Made by a program: the position numbers and the translations under genes. Below, piece by piece: positions 9,538-19,251 of a DNA stretch of 52,436 nt. Position 1 is the stretch's first letter, and each line of letters begins with the position of its first letter. Origin of the DNA: an uncultured Steroidobacteraceae bacterium (GTDB taxonomy: Bacteria; Pseudomonadota; Gammaproteobacteria; Steroidobacterales; Steroidobacteraceae); contig CAYWDZ010000002.1 of assembly GCA_964456255.1 (NCBI GenBank), positions 1 through 52,436 of the forward strand, written 5' to 3'. Below the pieces are notes generated by a model. The model had not been told where the DNA came from. It did not search any database and worked only from the letters and a program-made list of their open reading frames with translations.

Positions 9538-9568
9538 GGTAATGAGAATGGATCGCAATAAGATAGCC
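9538..9568. promoter_or_regulatory. candidate Fur box in the feoA / TonB-receptor divergent region
   Basis: GGTAATGAGAATGGATCGCAATAAGATAG has two tandem GATAAT-like hexamers (GGTAAT, GAGAAT). By my count it matches the 19-bp Fur consensus at about 12/19. The region is locally AT-rich. Confidence 0.3.
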
Positions 9569-9737
9569 GATTGCGGGCAGCAAGACGAACTTGTTGGAGC
9601 CAGAGCCCAACCTGTCCCAAATGGCCTGTTGCTTCAACGTGGCAGCAGTCACAATTGCATCCCATAAGGGGCGCGGCAGATTGCTGCACCGCACCCGAAG
9701 GTCTCGATCCAAATCGATTTTTTGGAGTACGCGCGCA

Positions 9738-12500
9738 ATGCAAAGAAAAATTAATTTTCGCCTCGTCATGACCAGTCTGCTGGCGGCAGCCATGCCGTGT
9801 CTGGCGGTGGGTGCTGAAGCAGACTCGACATCCGAAGACGTCGAGCTGGAGCCAGTCCTGGTGACGGGCTCGCACATTCCCACGATCCAGGCGGAAGGAC
9901 CTTCTCCCGTAACGCAGATCACCGCGGAGCAAATCGAAGCGCGTGGTTTCACGACTGTAGATGAAGCCGTGAACTCGCTGACACAGGTAACCGGCGTCGC
10001 ACAGAACGAAACGATGGCCGGCACGTTCACGCAGAACGCCAATGCTATCGAACTGCGCGACCTGGGGCCGGGACACACGCTGGTGCTGGTGGACGGCCAT
10101 CGCCAGGCCGAGTACCCGATGCCCTACAACGGCCAGAGCAACTTCGTGAACCTGTCGGCCATTCCGGTGGCCGCGATCGATCACATCGATCTGCTCTCCA
10201 GCGGTGCCTCGGCCATCTACGGTTCGGACGCCGTGGCGGGTGTGGTCAACATCGTGTTGAAGAAGAAGCTCGAAGAGCCCTTCAGTCTCAACCTGCGCCT
10301 GGGCGACACGTCCCAGGGGGGCGGCAAGTCCGGTCGGGCGCAGCTGGTCACCGGGTTCAGCACCGACAAACTCGACATGCTGTTCGCGGCGGAAGTGTTC
10401 GTGCGCAAGCCCGTGTATGCCTTCCAGCGCGACTTCATGAACTCCTCGCGCGACAACCCGAATCCGTCTGGACAGATCGCCGGCCGTGCAGTGCTGCGCT
10501 ATGACTGGGGGTACAACGAATACATCGACCCAGGTCCAGATGCCTGCGATGCATTCCCGAACCTGACCTACAGCTTTCGCCCCGGCCGCGGCTACTTCTG
10601 CGGCGACTACGAGAGCGTGTCCCAGTACACGCTGCAGAACGACCGCGGGCGCGGCTCGCTGTTCTCGCGCTTCACCTATGACCTTGGCAAGTCGGAGCTG
10701 TACGGCTCACTGAATGTGCTGGGCTCATCCGACCGCTATGACGCGGACTACACGTGGTTCAGCTCGGACTTCCTGTTGCCCGAGGGCGGCTTCTTCGACG
10801 TATCCGCCGATCCGAATGGCGACGGCGGCATCTACTCGACGATGCAGCGCTTCTTCCAGCCGTACGAAGTCGGTTCGTACAAGGGGCGCCAGCACCGCCT
10901 GCACGAGAACGTGGCCGACTACAACCTGGGCCTGCGCGGCGACATCGCTGGCGACTGGAAGTACGACCTGACGCTGGCCGGTTCCCACTACAAACTGCGT
11001 CGCAACCGTCCGCTGCTGCTGAACCAGCCGCTGATCGACTACTACCTTGGAACCCCGCTGACTGACACCAACGGTGACCCGCTCGCGGATCCGTATGATT
11101 TCGGCGTACCTGTCTACGACGTCGACTGGAGCAAGCTGTACGAGCCGGTTTCGCCCGAGACCTATGCCAGCTTCATCGGCATCGACAAGACCAGGGCATG
11201 GTCGGACAGCAAGACGGCCACGCTGGTCCTGAACGGCTCCATTGTGGATCTGCCCTCCGGCCCGCTGGCTGCTGCCATCGTGCTGGAAGGCGCCAGCCAG
11301 AAATACAACATCGATCTGGATCAGCGCCTGCTCGATGGCGACTTCTTCGGCGTTGTCGGCACTGGCGGCGGCGGCAGTCGCAAGCGCTACGCCGGGGGTC
11401 TGGAACTGCAGGTGCCGGTATTCGATCCGCTCACGCTGAAGCTCGCCGGCCGCTACGACCGCTACGACGACATCACCAAGGTCAAGGGTGCATTCACGTA
11501 CAACCTGGGTGTCGAGTACCGGCCCATCCGGCAGCTGCTGCTGCGCGGCAGCTACGCATCGAGCTTCCGGGCGCCCGACATGCACTACGTGTTCGCGGAT
11601 CCCAGTGGCTTCTTTGTCGTGGTAACCGACGAGTACCAGTGCCGCCGCGACAACCTGCCTTTGTCGACCTGCCCCACTGAAGCCAACCCAGAGGGCGCCC
11701 GGCAGGGTAACCCGTTCCTGAAGGAGGAAACCAGTGACTCCTGGACCTACGGGTTCGTGGTGGAGCCGGTAAGTAACCTGACCATCAGCGCCGACTACTA
11801 CTACGTCAAGCTCAAGGACGCCGTACAGGACGACTCCGTCACCATGCTGCTGGAGACCGAGGCGGACTGCCGTCTCGGCCAGACCAAGGGCGGCGATCCG
11901 GTGGACATCAACTCGCTGGAGTGCCAGTCCGCACTGGCGCGTGTGCAGCGCCACGCCAACGATGGCACGGCCAACGCGCTGGAAATCGAAAAGCTGACCG
12001 TCGGCCCGATCAACGCGGCCATGCTCAAGACCAGCGGCATCGATGCCTCGCTGCGCTATGGACTGACTGCCGGCACGGCAGGCAGGTTCGACTTCTCGGC
12101 AAGCTTCAGCCACGTGCTGTCGTACAAGTTCCAGCAGTTCGCCGGCGACCCGGTGGAAAACGAGCTGAAGAGCCTGCAGTACTTCGGCTGGCACAGCCGC
12201 ATGAGCGGGTCGGTGACCTGGACCCTGGACAAGTTCTCGACCACGGCCTTCGTGCAGCGCTACGGCTCCACGCCGAACTGGGCCGAAACGGGTCGGCTCG
12301 GGTCGTGGACCTCGACGAACATGTCGGCACGCTACAGCGGGCTGTTCGGCGGCGACGCCTACATCGGCTTCGTGGTGGACAACATCTTCAATCGCAAGCC
12401 GCCACGCGACGAGACCTACGACACCTATCCCTACTACTCGGATTACAACTACGACCCGATTGGCAGGGAATACTTCCTGGAGATCGGCACGCGCTTCTGA
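9738..12500 (+). CDS. TonB-dependent receptor (about 920 aa)
   Basis: ATG at 9738 (MQRKINFRLVMTSLLAAAMPCLAVGA). Plug motifs present (VLVTGSHI, IELRDLGPGHTLVLVDGHR, IDLLSGASAIYGSDAVAGVVNIV). The C-terminus ends ...EIGTRF. Confidence 0.9.
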   Translation: MQRKINFRLVMTSLLAAAMPCLAVGAEADSTSEDVELEPVLVTGSHIPTIQAEGPSPVTQITAEQIEARGFTTVDEAVNSLTQVTGVAQNETMAGTFTQNANAIELRDLGPGHTLVLVDGHRQAEYPMPYNGQSNFVNLSAIPVAAIDHIDLLSSGASAIYGSDAVAGVVNIVLKKKLEEPFSLNLRLGDTSQGGGKSGRAQLVTGFSTDKLDMLFAAEVFVRKPVYAFQRDFMNSSRDNPNPSGQIAGRAVLRYDWGYNEYIDPGPDACDAFPNLTYSFRPGRGYFCGDYESVSQYTLQNDRGRGSLFSRFTYDLGKSELYGSLNVLGSSDRYDADYTWFSSDFLLPEGGFFDVSADPNGDGGIYSTMQRFFQPYEVGSYKGRQHRLHENVADYNLGLRGDIAGDWKYDLTLAGSHYKLRRNRPLLLNQPLIDYYLGTPLTDTNGDPLADPYDFGVPVYDVDWSKLYEPVSPETYASFIGIDKTRAWSDSKTATLVLNGSIVDLPSGPLAAAIVLEGASQKYNIDLDQRLLDGDFFGVVGTGGGGSRKRYAGGLELQVPVFDPLTLKLAGRYDRYDDITKVKGAFTYNLGVEYRPIRQLLLRGSYASSFRAPDMHYVFADPSGFFVVVTDEYQCRRDNLPLSTCPTEANPEGARQGNPFLKEETSDSWTYGFVVEPVSNLTISADYYYVKLKDAVQDDSVTMLLETEADCRLGQTKGGDPVDINSLECQSALARVQRHANDGTANALEIEKLTVGPINAAMLKTSGIDASLRYGLTAGTAGRFDFSASFSHVLSYKFQQFAGDPVENELKSLQYFGWHSRMSGSVTWTLDKFSTTAFVQRYGSTPNWAETGRLGSWTSTNMSARYSGLFGGDAYIGFVVDNIFNRKPPRDETYDTYPYYSDYNYDPIGREYFLEIGTRF

Positions 12501-12523
12501 CGCAAGTCAGTTCAGCATGACAA

Positions 12524-12555
12524 GGGCGGCAGGCTTACCCCTGCCGCCCTTTTTT
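12524..12555. terminator. rho-independent terminator between the TonB receptor and fbp (convergent)
   Basis: GGGCGGCAGG (12524-12533) pairs with CCTGCCGCCC (12540-12549) around a 6-nt loop, followed by TTTTTT. Confidence 0.65.
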
Positions 12556-13565
12556 CATGCCAGCTGGGCGGTGACCAGATCCACTTCCTCGCTGCTGCCG
12601 AGGATCACGCAAGTGCGCTGATGGATTTCCGTCGGCTGCACTTCCAGGATGCGCTGGCCCGGCGCGGCCAGTGCCTTGCCGCCCGCCTGCTCCACCAGAA
12701 AGGCCATGGGGTTGGCCTCATACATCAGCCGCAACTTGCCCTGCGGCGCCTTCTTGGTCGGCGGATACATGAACACGCCGCCCTGGATCATGATGCGATG
12801 AACGTCGGCCACCATCGCGCCGACATAACGGCTCGAATAGCCGTTTTCCTGCGCCCAGTTCAGGTAGCGCTGATAGCCCTCGGGGATCGTGAGCCGGTTG
12901 CCTTCATTGAGTGAATAGCACTTGCTGCGCGGCGGAATCTTCAGCCCCTCGGCCACGCGCACGAACGCACCGATGGCAAGGTCCAGCACGAACATGTCCA
13001 CCCCGTCCCCGATGGTCAGCGCCATCACTGTCGAGGAGCCATACAGCACATAGCCGGCCGCGACCTGCCGCATCCCGGGCTGCAGCAGGGAATCTTCCAT
13101 CTTCGATGAACGGCGATCCTTGCGCAGGATGCTGAAGATGGTGCCGACACCACCGGCAATGTCCAGGTTCGATGAACCATCCAGTGGATCGAACATCACC
13201 ACGTAGCGTGTCTCGCCATCATCCTGTGCACGCAGCACCATGGCCTCGTCGTTCTCTTCCGAGGCCACCACGGCCACACCCTGGCGGCCACCAAGGTTGC
13301 GCAGCAGGATGTCGTTGGCGATGACGTCCAGCTTCTTCTGCGTCTCGCCCTGCACGTTCTGGCTGCCGACGCTGCCCAGCACATCTTCCAGGCGTGCGCG
13401 CCGCACCTGCGCGGCGATCATCTTGGCCGAGATGGAGATCGCCGACAGCACCCAGGACAGTGTGCCGGTGGATTCCGGAAACCGCGCCTGCTGCGCCAGG
13501 ATATGGGACTGGATGGTGACGAGGGGACGCATGCCGGTTGCACCGGCGGATGGCTTGGCATTCAT
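12555..13565 (-). CDS. fbp: class 1 fructose-1,6-bisphosphatase
   Basis: 336 aa. Motifs: NVQGETQKKLDVIANDIL, VMFDPLDGSSNLD, GGVFMYPP, LRLMYEANPMAFLVEQAGG. The start could instead be the Met 11 codons downstream. Confidence 0.9.
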   Translation of the reverse strand: MNAKPSAGATGMRPLVTIQSHILAQQARFPESTGTLSWVLSAISISAKMIAAQVRRARLEDVLGSVGSQNVQGETQKKLDVIANDILLRNLGGRQGVAVVASEENDEAMVLRAQDDGETRYVVMFDPLDGSSNLDIAGGVGTIFSILRKDRRSSKMEDSLLQPGMRQVAAGYVLYGSSTVMALTIGDGVDMFVLDLAIGAFVRVAEGLKIPPRSKCYSLNEGNRLTIPEGYQRYLNWAQENGYSSRYVGAMVADVHRIMIQGGVFMYPPTKKAPQGKLRLMYEANPMAFLVEQAGGKALAAPGQRILEVQPTEIHQRTCVILGSSEEVDLVTAQLA

Positions 13566-13605
13566 GGGCGCCGATTATGCCTTCTGACGCTATATCCTTG
13601 CGGCC

Positions 13606-14298
13606 ATGTGGCAGTTGGGTGCGACGGAAATATCGGCACTGGGGCTCAGCCTCGACGTTGCCCTGCGATCGGTATTGCTCAATCTGCTGCCGGCAGTCAT
13701 TGCAGCCTGGTTGCTGACGCGCCGGCGCTTTCCGGGCCGCACGGTATTTGATGCCTTCGTGCATCTGCCACTGGTACTTCCGCCGGTGCTGGTCGGCTAT
13801 CTGCTGCTGCTGCTGCTGGGCACCCGCGGACCGATTGGCGGCTGGCTGGACCGCAGCTTCGACCTGCAGCTCACGTTCTCGACGATGGGCGCCGCGGTGG
13901 CCACCGCGGTCATGTCCTTTCCGATCATGGTGCGGGCCATCCGCATTTCACTGGAAAACGTGGATCGGGGCCTGGAGGAAGCGGCACGCACGCTGGGCGC
14001 CGGTCCATGGCGGCGCTTCGCCACCATCACGCTGCCGCTGATGATGCCGGGCGTGCTGGCCGGCGTAGTCACGGCATTCGCGGCCGGCCTGGGCGAGTTC
14101 GGCGCGGTGATCACCTTCGTGTCGAACATTCCCGGAGAAACACGCACCCTGCCACTGGCTCTGTATACGGCACTGCAGTCGCCGGATGGCGATGCCACCG
14201 CCGCCCGCCTGGCACTGCTGTCCTTTGCGCTGGGTCTGGCCGGGCTGCTGTTCTCCGAAGTACTGGCGCGGGGTTTGCGCCGCTGGCTGGGGAAGTAG
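13606..14298 (+). CDS. modB: molybdate ABC transporter permease
   Basis: 230 aa, closely colinear with E. coli ModB as I recall it (HLPLVLPPVLVGYLLL, MSFPIMVRAIRISLENVD, AARTLGAGPWRRFATITLP, FVSNIPGETRTLPLALY). Confidence 0.88.
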   Translation: MWQLGATEISALGLSLDVALRSVLLNLLPAVIAAWLLTRRRFPGRTVFDAFVHLPLVLPPVLVGYLLLLLLGTRGPIGGWLDRSFDLQLTFSTMGAAVATAVMSFPIMVRAIRISLENVDRGLEEAARTLGAGPWRRFATITLPLMMPGVLAGVVTAFAAGLGEFGAVITFVSNIPGETRTLPLALYTALQSPDGDATAARLALLSFALGLAGLLFSEVLARGLRRWLGK

Positions 14299-14302
14299 GC
14301 TC

Positions 14303-15394
14303 GTGCTCAGCGTCGACGTCAGCCTGGCCCGCGGCACCTTTCGGCTCGATGCGAAATTCGAGGCCGCCACGCCTGGTGTCATCGCCTTGTTTGGTCGATC
14401 CGGCTGCGGCAAGACCACCCTGGTCAACCTCATTGCCGGACTCCTCCGCGCTGATCGCGGGCGCATCACGCTCGGTGATCAGGTCTGGTTCGATTCCGCC
14501 AGCGGCACCAACGTGCCCGCCGAGCGACGCCGCATCGGCTACGTGTTTCAGGATGCCAGACTGTTCCCGCATTACTCGGTGCGCGGCAATCTGTTGTACG
14601 GCGCATCTGGTCACGCTGCGAACCAGGGCGGTTTCGATGACGTGGTGCAGCTGCTCGGGCTTGGCTCACTGCTTGATCGCCGCCCGGCAAGGTTGTCCGG
14701 TGGCGAAAAGCAGCGCGTGGCGCTGGGGCGCGCCCTGCTGGCGAACCCGCAGCTGCTGCTGCTCGATGAACCGCTGGCCGCGCTGGATGCTTCGCGCCGC
14801 GAGGAAGTCCTGCCTTACCTGGAGCGCCTGCGCGATCACTTTTCCATCCCCATGGTGTACGTGAGCCATCAGCTCGATGAAGTCCTGCGCCTCGCCACCC
14901 AACTGGTGGTGCTGGATGCCGGGCAGGTCGTAACCGCTGGAGAGCTCGGCACGGTGAGCCTGCAGCCGGCACTTCGCAGCATCGTCGGTAGCGATGCGGT
15001 CGGAGCCATCGTGGAAGGCAGCGTTACCGCCATCGACACCGGCGAGGATCTGGCCAGCATTGCCATCGGCACAGGCGGACTGCTCAAGGTCGGCGCGCGT
15101 GACCTCGCTGCCGGACAGCGCGTGCGCCTGCAGCTGCTGGCACGCGATCTGATTCTTGCACTGGAGGAGCCACGCGGCATCTCGGTGCGCAATCACCTGC
15201 GCGGCACGGTTCGATCAATTACCGCCGATGGCGGCGCCGACCTGGTCGAAGTGGATGTCGCGGGCACCAGACTGCTGGCGCGCGTCACCAGCTCCTCGAC
15301 GCGCGAGCTCAGGCTCGCGCCGGGACTGCCACTGTGGGTACTGGTAAAGGCCGTATCCGTGAGTCCGCACGCCCTGACACGCGCGGACTCCTGA
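14303..15394 (+). CDS. modC: molybdenum ABC transporter ATP-binding protein
   Basis: GTG at 14303 follows GGGGAAG, 4 nt after the modB stop. Walker A GRSGCGKTT, signature LSGGEKQRV, Walker B LLLLDEP. The C-terminus carries a TOBE/Mop-like domain. Confidence 0.85.
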   Translation: MLSVDVSLARGTFRLDAKFEAATPGVIALFGRSGCGKTTLVNLIAGLLRADRGRITLGDQVWFDSASGTNVPAERRRIGYVFQDARLFPHYSVRGNLLYGASGHAANQGGFDDVVQLLGLGSLLDRRPARLSGGEKQRVALGRALLANPQLLLLDEPLAALDASRREEVLPYLERLRDHFSIPMVYVSHQLDEVLRLATQLVVLDAGQVVTAGELGTVSLQPALRSIVGSDAVGAIVEGSVTAIDTGEDLASIAIGTGGLLKVGARDLAAGQRVRLQLLARDLILALEEPRGISVRNHLRGTVRSITADGGADLVEVDVAGTRLLARVTSSSTRELRLAPGLPLWVLVKAVSVSPHALTRADS

Positions 15395-15403
15395 AGACCT
15401 GCT

Positions 15404-16405
15404 TCAGCGCCGGTCGCCAGTCCGGCCATCGCGCCCGTGGCCATTACCCCGACCATCGCCATGGTGGCCGTGATTCTCCCCGTGCCGATCATCCAGGTCC
15501 GGCAGCGCCTGCAGCACCGCCCTGGCCAGCACCTTGTGGCCTGCGGCGGTCGGGTGGATGCCGTCCCAGAACAGCCAGGAATCGGGATCGATGCCGCTCA
15601 TCGCGCCCGCGGCATCCGTGACATTGACGAACCCGTACTGCTCCTTGTTCGCGACGATGTGCTGCAGCAGGCCGAACACATCGAATGTGATGACTCCGTC
15701 CTCGCCGGCCAGCCGCGCGGCCAGTGCTGAATTGAATGCGCCTGCTATCAACGTCGCCGTACCGGATGCCTGTGCACCCGCGGCCCGAACTGCCGGCACC
15801 AGACCCAGATCCGGTGTATTCCAGACCAGGATGTGCCGCGCGCCCCGCGCTTGCAGTGTGTCAACCATCGTGCCGACGGCAGTCGCGAGGTTCCAGGCCG
15901 CATTACCAATGATGGTCTGGGCATGGCCGGGATCGACGAATACCGCGTTCAGTGTGTCGCGCAGATCATTGCCGCCCACGGCAATGACGAACACATCGTC
16001 CCGGTGAACCGCGTAGCCGCGCCCCAGGTACATCTGCAGTTGTGCAAGTGCGCCTGGCACATCGGTGTTGGCAGCAGCGCGTGCACCACCAAACGCGAAG
16101 TCATCCCCACCAATCAGGGATGGCACCGCACCTTCGTACGCCTTGAGCTTCGCCGCTGCGCGGCTCGCCCACACGTCGCCGTTGCTGTAGGTACCCGTGG
16201 CGTAGGGCAGCGTCGGAACATAGGCATTGCCGGTAATGGCCTGGGTCGGGTCGCCGCCATGGGTGGCGATCGCATTGTTGCCCGAGTCCGAGAGACTGTC
16301 GCCGAAGATGTAGAGCTCGCCGGCCTGTACTGCGCCTGCGTACAGGACCGCGACAGTCAGCAACGCTTGCGCAAGCCATGCGGCCTGCCTGGAAAACGGT
16401 CTCAT
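15404..16405 (-). CDS. SGNH/GDSL family lipase or esterase, secreted
   Basis: ATG at 16405 (MRPFSRQAAWLAQALLTVAVLYAGAVQA). Block I is FGDSLSDSGN and block V is WDGIHPT. The protein ends in a His/Gly/Asp/Arg-rich tail. Confidence 0.8.
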   Translation of the reverse strand: MRPFSRQAAWLAQALLTVAVLYAGAVQAGELYIFGDSLSDSGNNAIATHGGDPTQAITGNAYVPTLPYATGTYSNGDVWASRAAAKLKAYEGAVPSLIGGDDFAFGGARAAANTDVPGALAQLQMYLGRGYAVHRDDVFVIAVGGNDLRDTLNAVFVDPGHAQTIIGNAAWNLATAVGTMVDTLQARGARHILVWNTPDLGLVPAVRAAGAQASGTATLIAGAFNSALAARLAGEDGVITFDVFGLLQHIVANKEQYGFVNVTDAAGAMSGIDPDSWLFWDGIHPTAAGHKVLARAVLQALPDLDDRHGENHGHHGDGRGNGHGRDGRTGDRR

Positions 16406-16469
16406 ATTGATCTCCCTGGTTGAGTTGCCATGCAACTCACACAGAGAGACAGGCAGCAGATTCGGGTAC

Positions 16470-17777
16470 CTAGACTTCCCCGGAGCGCAGCCCCTGCGCG
16501 CTGCGTGGCTGCACCAGCAGCTTGTCGATGACCAGGCCATCCATGTCCACCACCTCGATGGACAGGTCGCGCCAGGCCAGTTTTTCGCCCGGCACCGGCA
16601 TGCGGCCCAGGTGCCACAGCACGAAGCCCGCCATGGTGTTGTAGTTCTCGCCGCGCGCCAGATCCTTGCGGGCCAGCGTGCGTTCGACTTCATGGATGGA
16701 CAGATGCCCGTCGATCAGCCAGCTGCCGTCCTCGCGCTGCACGGCCCCGGCAGCATCGCGGCTGCCCATCTCGGGCCAGTCGCCGGCGATGGCCTTCAGG
16801 ATGTCGGCAGGAGTCACCAGGCCTTCAATGCCGCCGTACTCATTGGTGACCACGCCCAGATGCACGCTGGCGCGACGAAACGTTTCCAGCAACTTGAAGA
16901 TCGAAATGCTCTCCGGCACATGCAGCGGCGGCTGCACGTCGACCTCGGTGTCGATGACACCACGACGCAGCGCTTCGCCGAGGTTGGCGAGCGAGATCAC
17001 GCCGATCAGCTGCTCGAGCTCACCCCGGCACAGCAGGAAGCGCGCATGCCCGCTGCGCCGCGCCTCATCCCACAGCGTGCCCACCGGCTCGCCGATGTCC
17101 AGCCACAGGATGTCGCCACGCGGAACCATGATGGTGCTGATGCTGCGATCGGCCAGCCGCAGCACCGAGTCGATCATCTCGGCCTCGAGCTTGTGCAAGG
17201 CGCCCGTCTGCATGCCTTCGGTGGCCAGCGCGCGCACGTCATCGTCGGTCACCTCCGACTGCCTGCCGCCGACACCGGGCAGCAGCTTCAGCAGCGCATC
17301 AGTCGAGCGCTGCAGCATCCATACGATTGGCGCGCCGACCCTGGCAAACAGCTGCATCGGAATGGCCACCAGCGTGGCCCACCGGTCGGCATGGGCGTAG
17401 GCCAGACGCTTGGGGACCAGCTCGCCCAGCACCAGCGAGATGTAAGTCATCACCACCACGATGGCGGCAAAGGCAATTTCCCGGGCGTAGGTTTCGATAG
17501 GCGGATAGACGCTGCTGACCCAGGCGGCCAGGCTCTGCGAATAGGCGGCACCGCTGTAGAGGCCGGTGAGGATGCTGACCGTGGTGATGCCGACCTGCAT
17601 GACGGAGAGCAGGCGTGTGGGGTCATCCAGCAGGGCAATCGCTGCCCGCGCACCCGCATGACCGGCTTCCGCCAGCGCCTTCAGCCTTGAACGGCGCGCC
17701 GAGACGAGCGCGAGCTCGGCCGAAGCGAAAAACCCATTCAGAATGATCAGGCCGAGGATGACCGCGGCTTCGCGCAT
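16470..17777 (-). CDS. hemolysin-family / CNNM (DUF21-CBS-CorC_HlyC) membrane protein
   Basis: Starts MREAAVILGLIILNGFFASAELALVSARRSRL (DUF21 N-terminus), followed by a CBS pair and a CorC/HlyC C-terminal domain. The ATG at 17816 is an alternative start. Confidence 0.85.
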   Translation of the reverse strand: MREAAVILGLIILNGFFASAELALVSARRSRLKALAEAGHAGARAAIALLDDPTRLLSVMQVGITTVSILTGLYSGAAYSQSLAAWVSSVYPPIETYAREIAFAAIVVVMTYISLVLGELVPKRLAYAHADRWATLVAIPMQLFARVGAPIVWMLQRSTDALLKLLPGVGGRQSEVTDDDVRALATEGMQTGALHKLEAEMIDSVLRLADRSISTIMVPRGDILWLDIGEPVGTLWDEARRSGHARFLLCRGELEQLIGVISLANLGEALRRGVIDTEVDVQPPLHVPESISIFKLLETFRRASVHLGVVTNEYGGIEGLVTPADILKAIAGDWPEMGSRDAAGAVQREDGSWLIDGHLSIHEVERTLARKDLARGENYNTMAGFVLWHLGRMPVPGEKLAWRDLSIEVVDMDGLVIDKLLVQPRSAQGLRSGEV

Positions 17778-17874
17778 CGGGTGGTCTTGGACCCCTTTGT
17801 TCAAAGGGCCTGCCAATGAGAAATCGAACTGGCATCATACCGCGCCTGTAAACCGAACCGCCGCCCGATTTCCC

Positions 17875-19251
17875 ATGTCCCCACCCAGTCACGCCGGTCA
17901 GGCGCAGCAGCCCATCGGCAAGGTTTTTCTGGCCTTTCTGCTGCCGATGATGCTGGCCAACATCCTGCAGTCACTGTCGGGGACACTGAACAATATCTTC
18001 CTGGGCCACATGATCGGCGTGAAGGCGCTGGCCGCGGCCTCGGCCTTCTTTCCGGTGTTCCTGTTCCTGATCTCCTTCGTGATGGGCCTGGGCTCCGGTG
18101 CCTCGGTGCTGATCGGCCAGGCCTGGGGTGCGAAGCAGCCCGACCGGGTGCGCGCCGTGGCAGGCACCACATTGAGCGTGGGCCTCATCGGAGGACTGGC
18201 CGTGGCGCTGTTCGGCGGTGGATTCGCGCACGTACTGCTGTCGCAGCTGGACACGCCGCCGGACATCCTGGCCGAAGCCACCAACTACGCGCGCATCTGC
18301 CTGTACGCGATGCCGGGCTTCTTTGCGTTCCTGCTGATGACAACCATTCTGCGCGGCGTGGGCGACGCCATCACGCCCCTGCGGGCGCTGATCGTCTCGA
18401 CCATCGTCGGATTGATCGTCACACCGGCATTCATCGCCGGCTGGTTCGGCCTGCCGCGCCTGGGTGTATCCAGCGCTGCCGTCGGCTTCGTCACGTCATT
18501 CCTGGCCACGTTCGTCTGGCTGGTGTTCTACCTGCGCCGCAAGGGGCACGCGCTGGCACCCAATGCCGAACTGATCCGGCACATGCGCATCGACGGCGCC
18601 ATCCTCAAGAACGTGCTGCGCATTGGCCTGCCCACGGCAATGCAGATGGTGATCATGTCGCTGGCGGAAGTTGCGCTGCTCAGGATGGTCAACCACTTCG
18701 GATCCGATGCCACGGCGGCGTATGGCGTGGGCAACCAGGTGCTGGGCTACGTGCAGTTCCCGGCCATGTCGATCGCCATCGCCGCTTCGATCCTGGGCGC
18801 GCAAGCCATCGGCGCCGGCCACCCGGAGCGGCTGGGCGCCATCACGCGCACCGGCATCCTCATCAACTTCGCGATCACCGGCAGCATGCTGCTGCTCGGC
18901 TATGTGTTCTCGCGGCACATCATCTCGCTGTTCACGCAGAGCCCCGAAGCAACCGAGATCGCGGTGCGGCTGCTGTACATCGTGCTGTGGAGCACGCTGC
19001 TGTTCGGTGCCGCCGCGGTGGTCTCCGGCGTGATGCGCTCCAGCGGCACGGTGATCGTGCCGACGCTGCTGTCTATCAGTGCCATCCTCCTGGTGGAGAT
19101 TCCGGTGGCCTGGTTCATGAGCGCGCCGGATCGCTTCGGCATCGACGGCGTGTGGATGGCCTACCCTGCCGCATTCCTCACCATGCTGATTCTGCAGGTC
19201 ACCTACTACCGCCTGGTGTGGCGCAAGCAGCGCATCCAGCGCCTGATCTGA
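17875..19251 (+). CDS. MATE family efflux transporter
   Basis: ATG at 17875 (MSPPSHAGQAQQPIGKVFLAFLLPMMLANILQSLSGTLNNIFLGH). Twelve-TM pattern typical of MATE/NorM-like pumps. Confidence 0.85.
   Translation: MSPPSHAGQAQQPIGKVFLAFLLPMMLANILQSLSGTLNNIFLGHMIGVKALAAASAFFPVFLFLISFVMGLGSGASVLIGQAWGAKQPDRVRAVAGTTLSVGLIGGLAVALFGGGFAHVLLSQLDTPPDILAEATNYARICLYAMPGFFAFLLMTTILRGVGDAITPLRALIVSTIVGLIVTPAFIAGWFGLPRLGVSSAAVGFVTSFLATFVWLVFYLRRKGHALAPNAELIRHMRIDGAILKNVLRIGLPTAMQMVIMSLAEVALLRMVNHFGSDATAAYGVGNQVLGYVQFPAMSIAIAASILGAQAIGAGHPERLGAITRTGILINFAITGSMLLLGYVFSRHIISLFTQSPEATEIAVRLLYIVLWSTLLFGAAAVVSGVMRSSGTVIVPTLLSISAILLVEIPVAWFMSAPDRFGIDGVWMAYPAAFLTMLILQVTYYRLVWRKQRIQRLI

Noticed and set aside
9531-10184. 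Upstream part of the 317-aa ORF 9231..10184
   Set aside because: Only the last 99 aa look like FeoA. The remainder spans the intergenic region and runs antisense into the TonB-dependent receptor gene.
16422-16438. 17-bp perfect hairpin or palindrome GAGTTGC-CAT-GCAACTC between the CNNM gene stop and the GDSL esterase start
   Set aside because: It is too short, has no U-tract, and there is nothing to compare it with. It could be a weak terminator or an operator, but I cannot support either from sequence alone.
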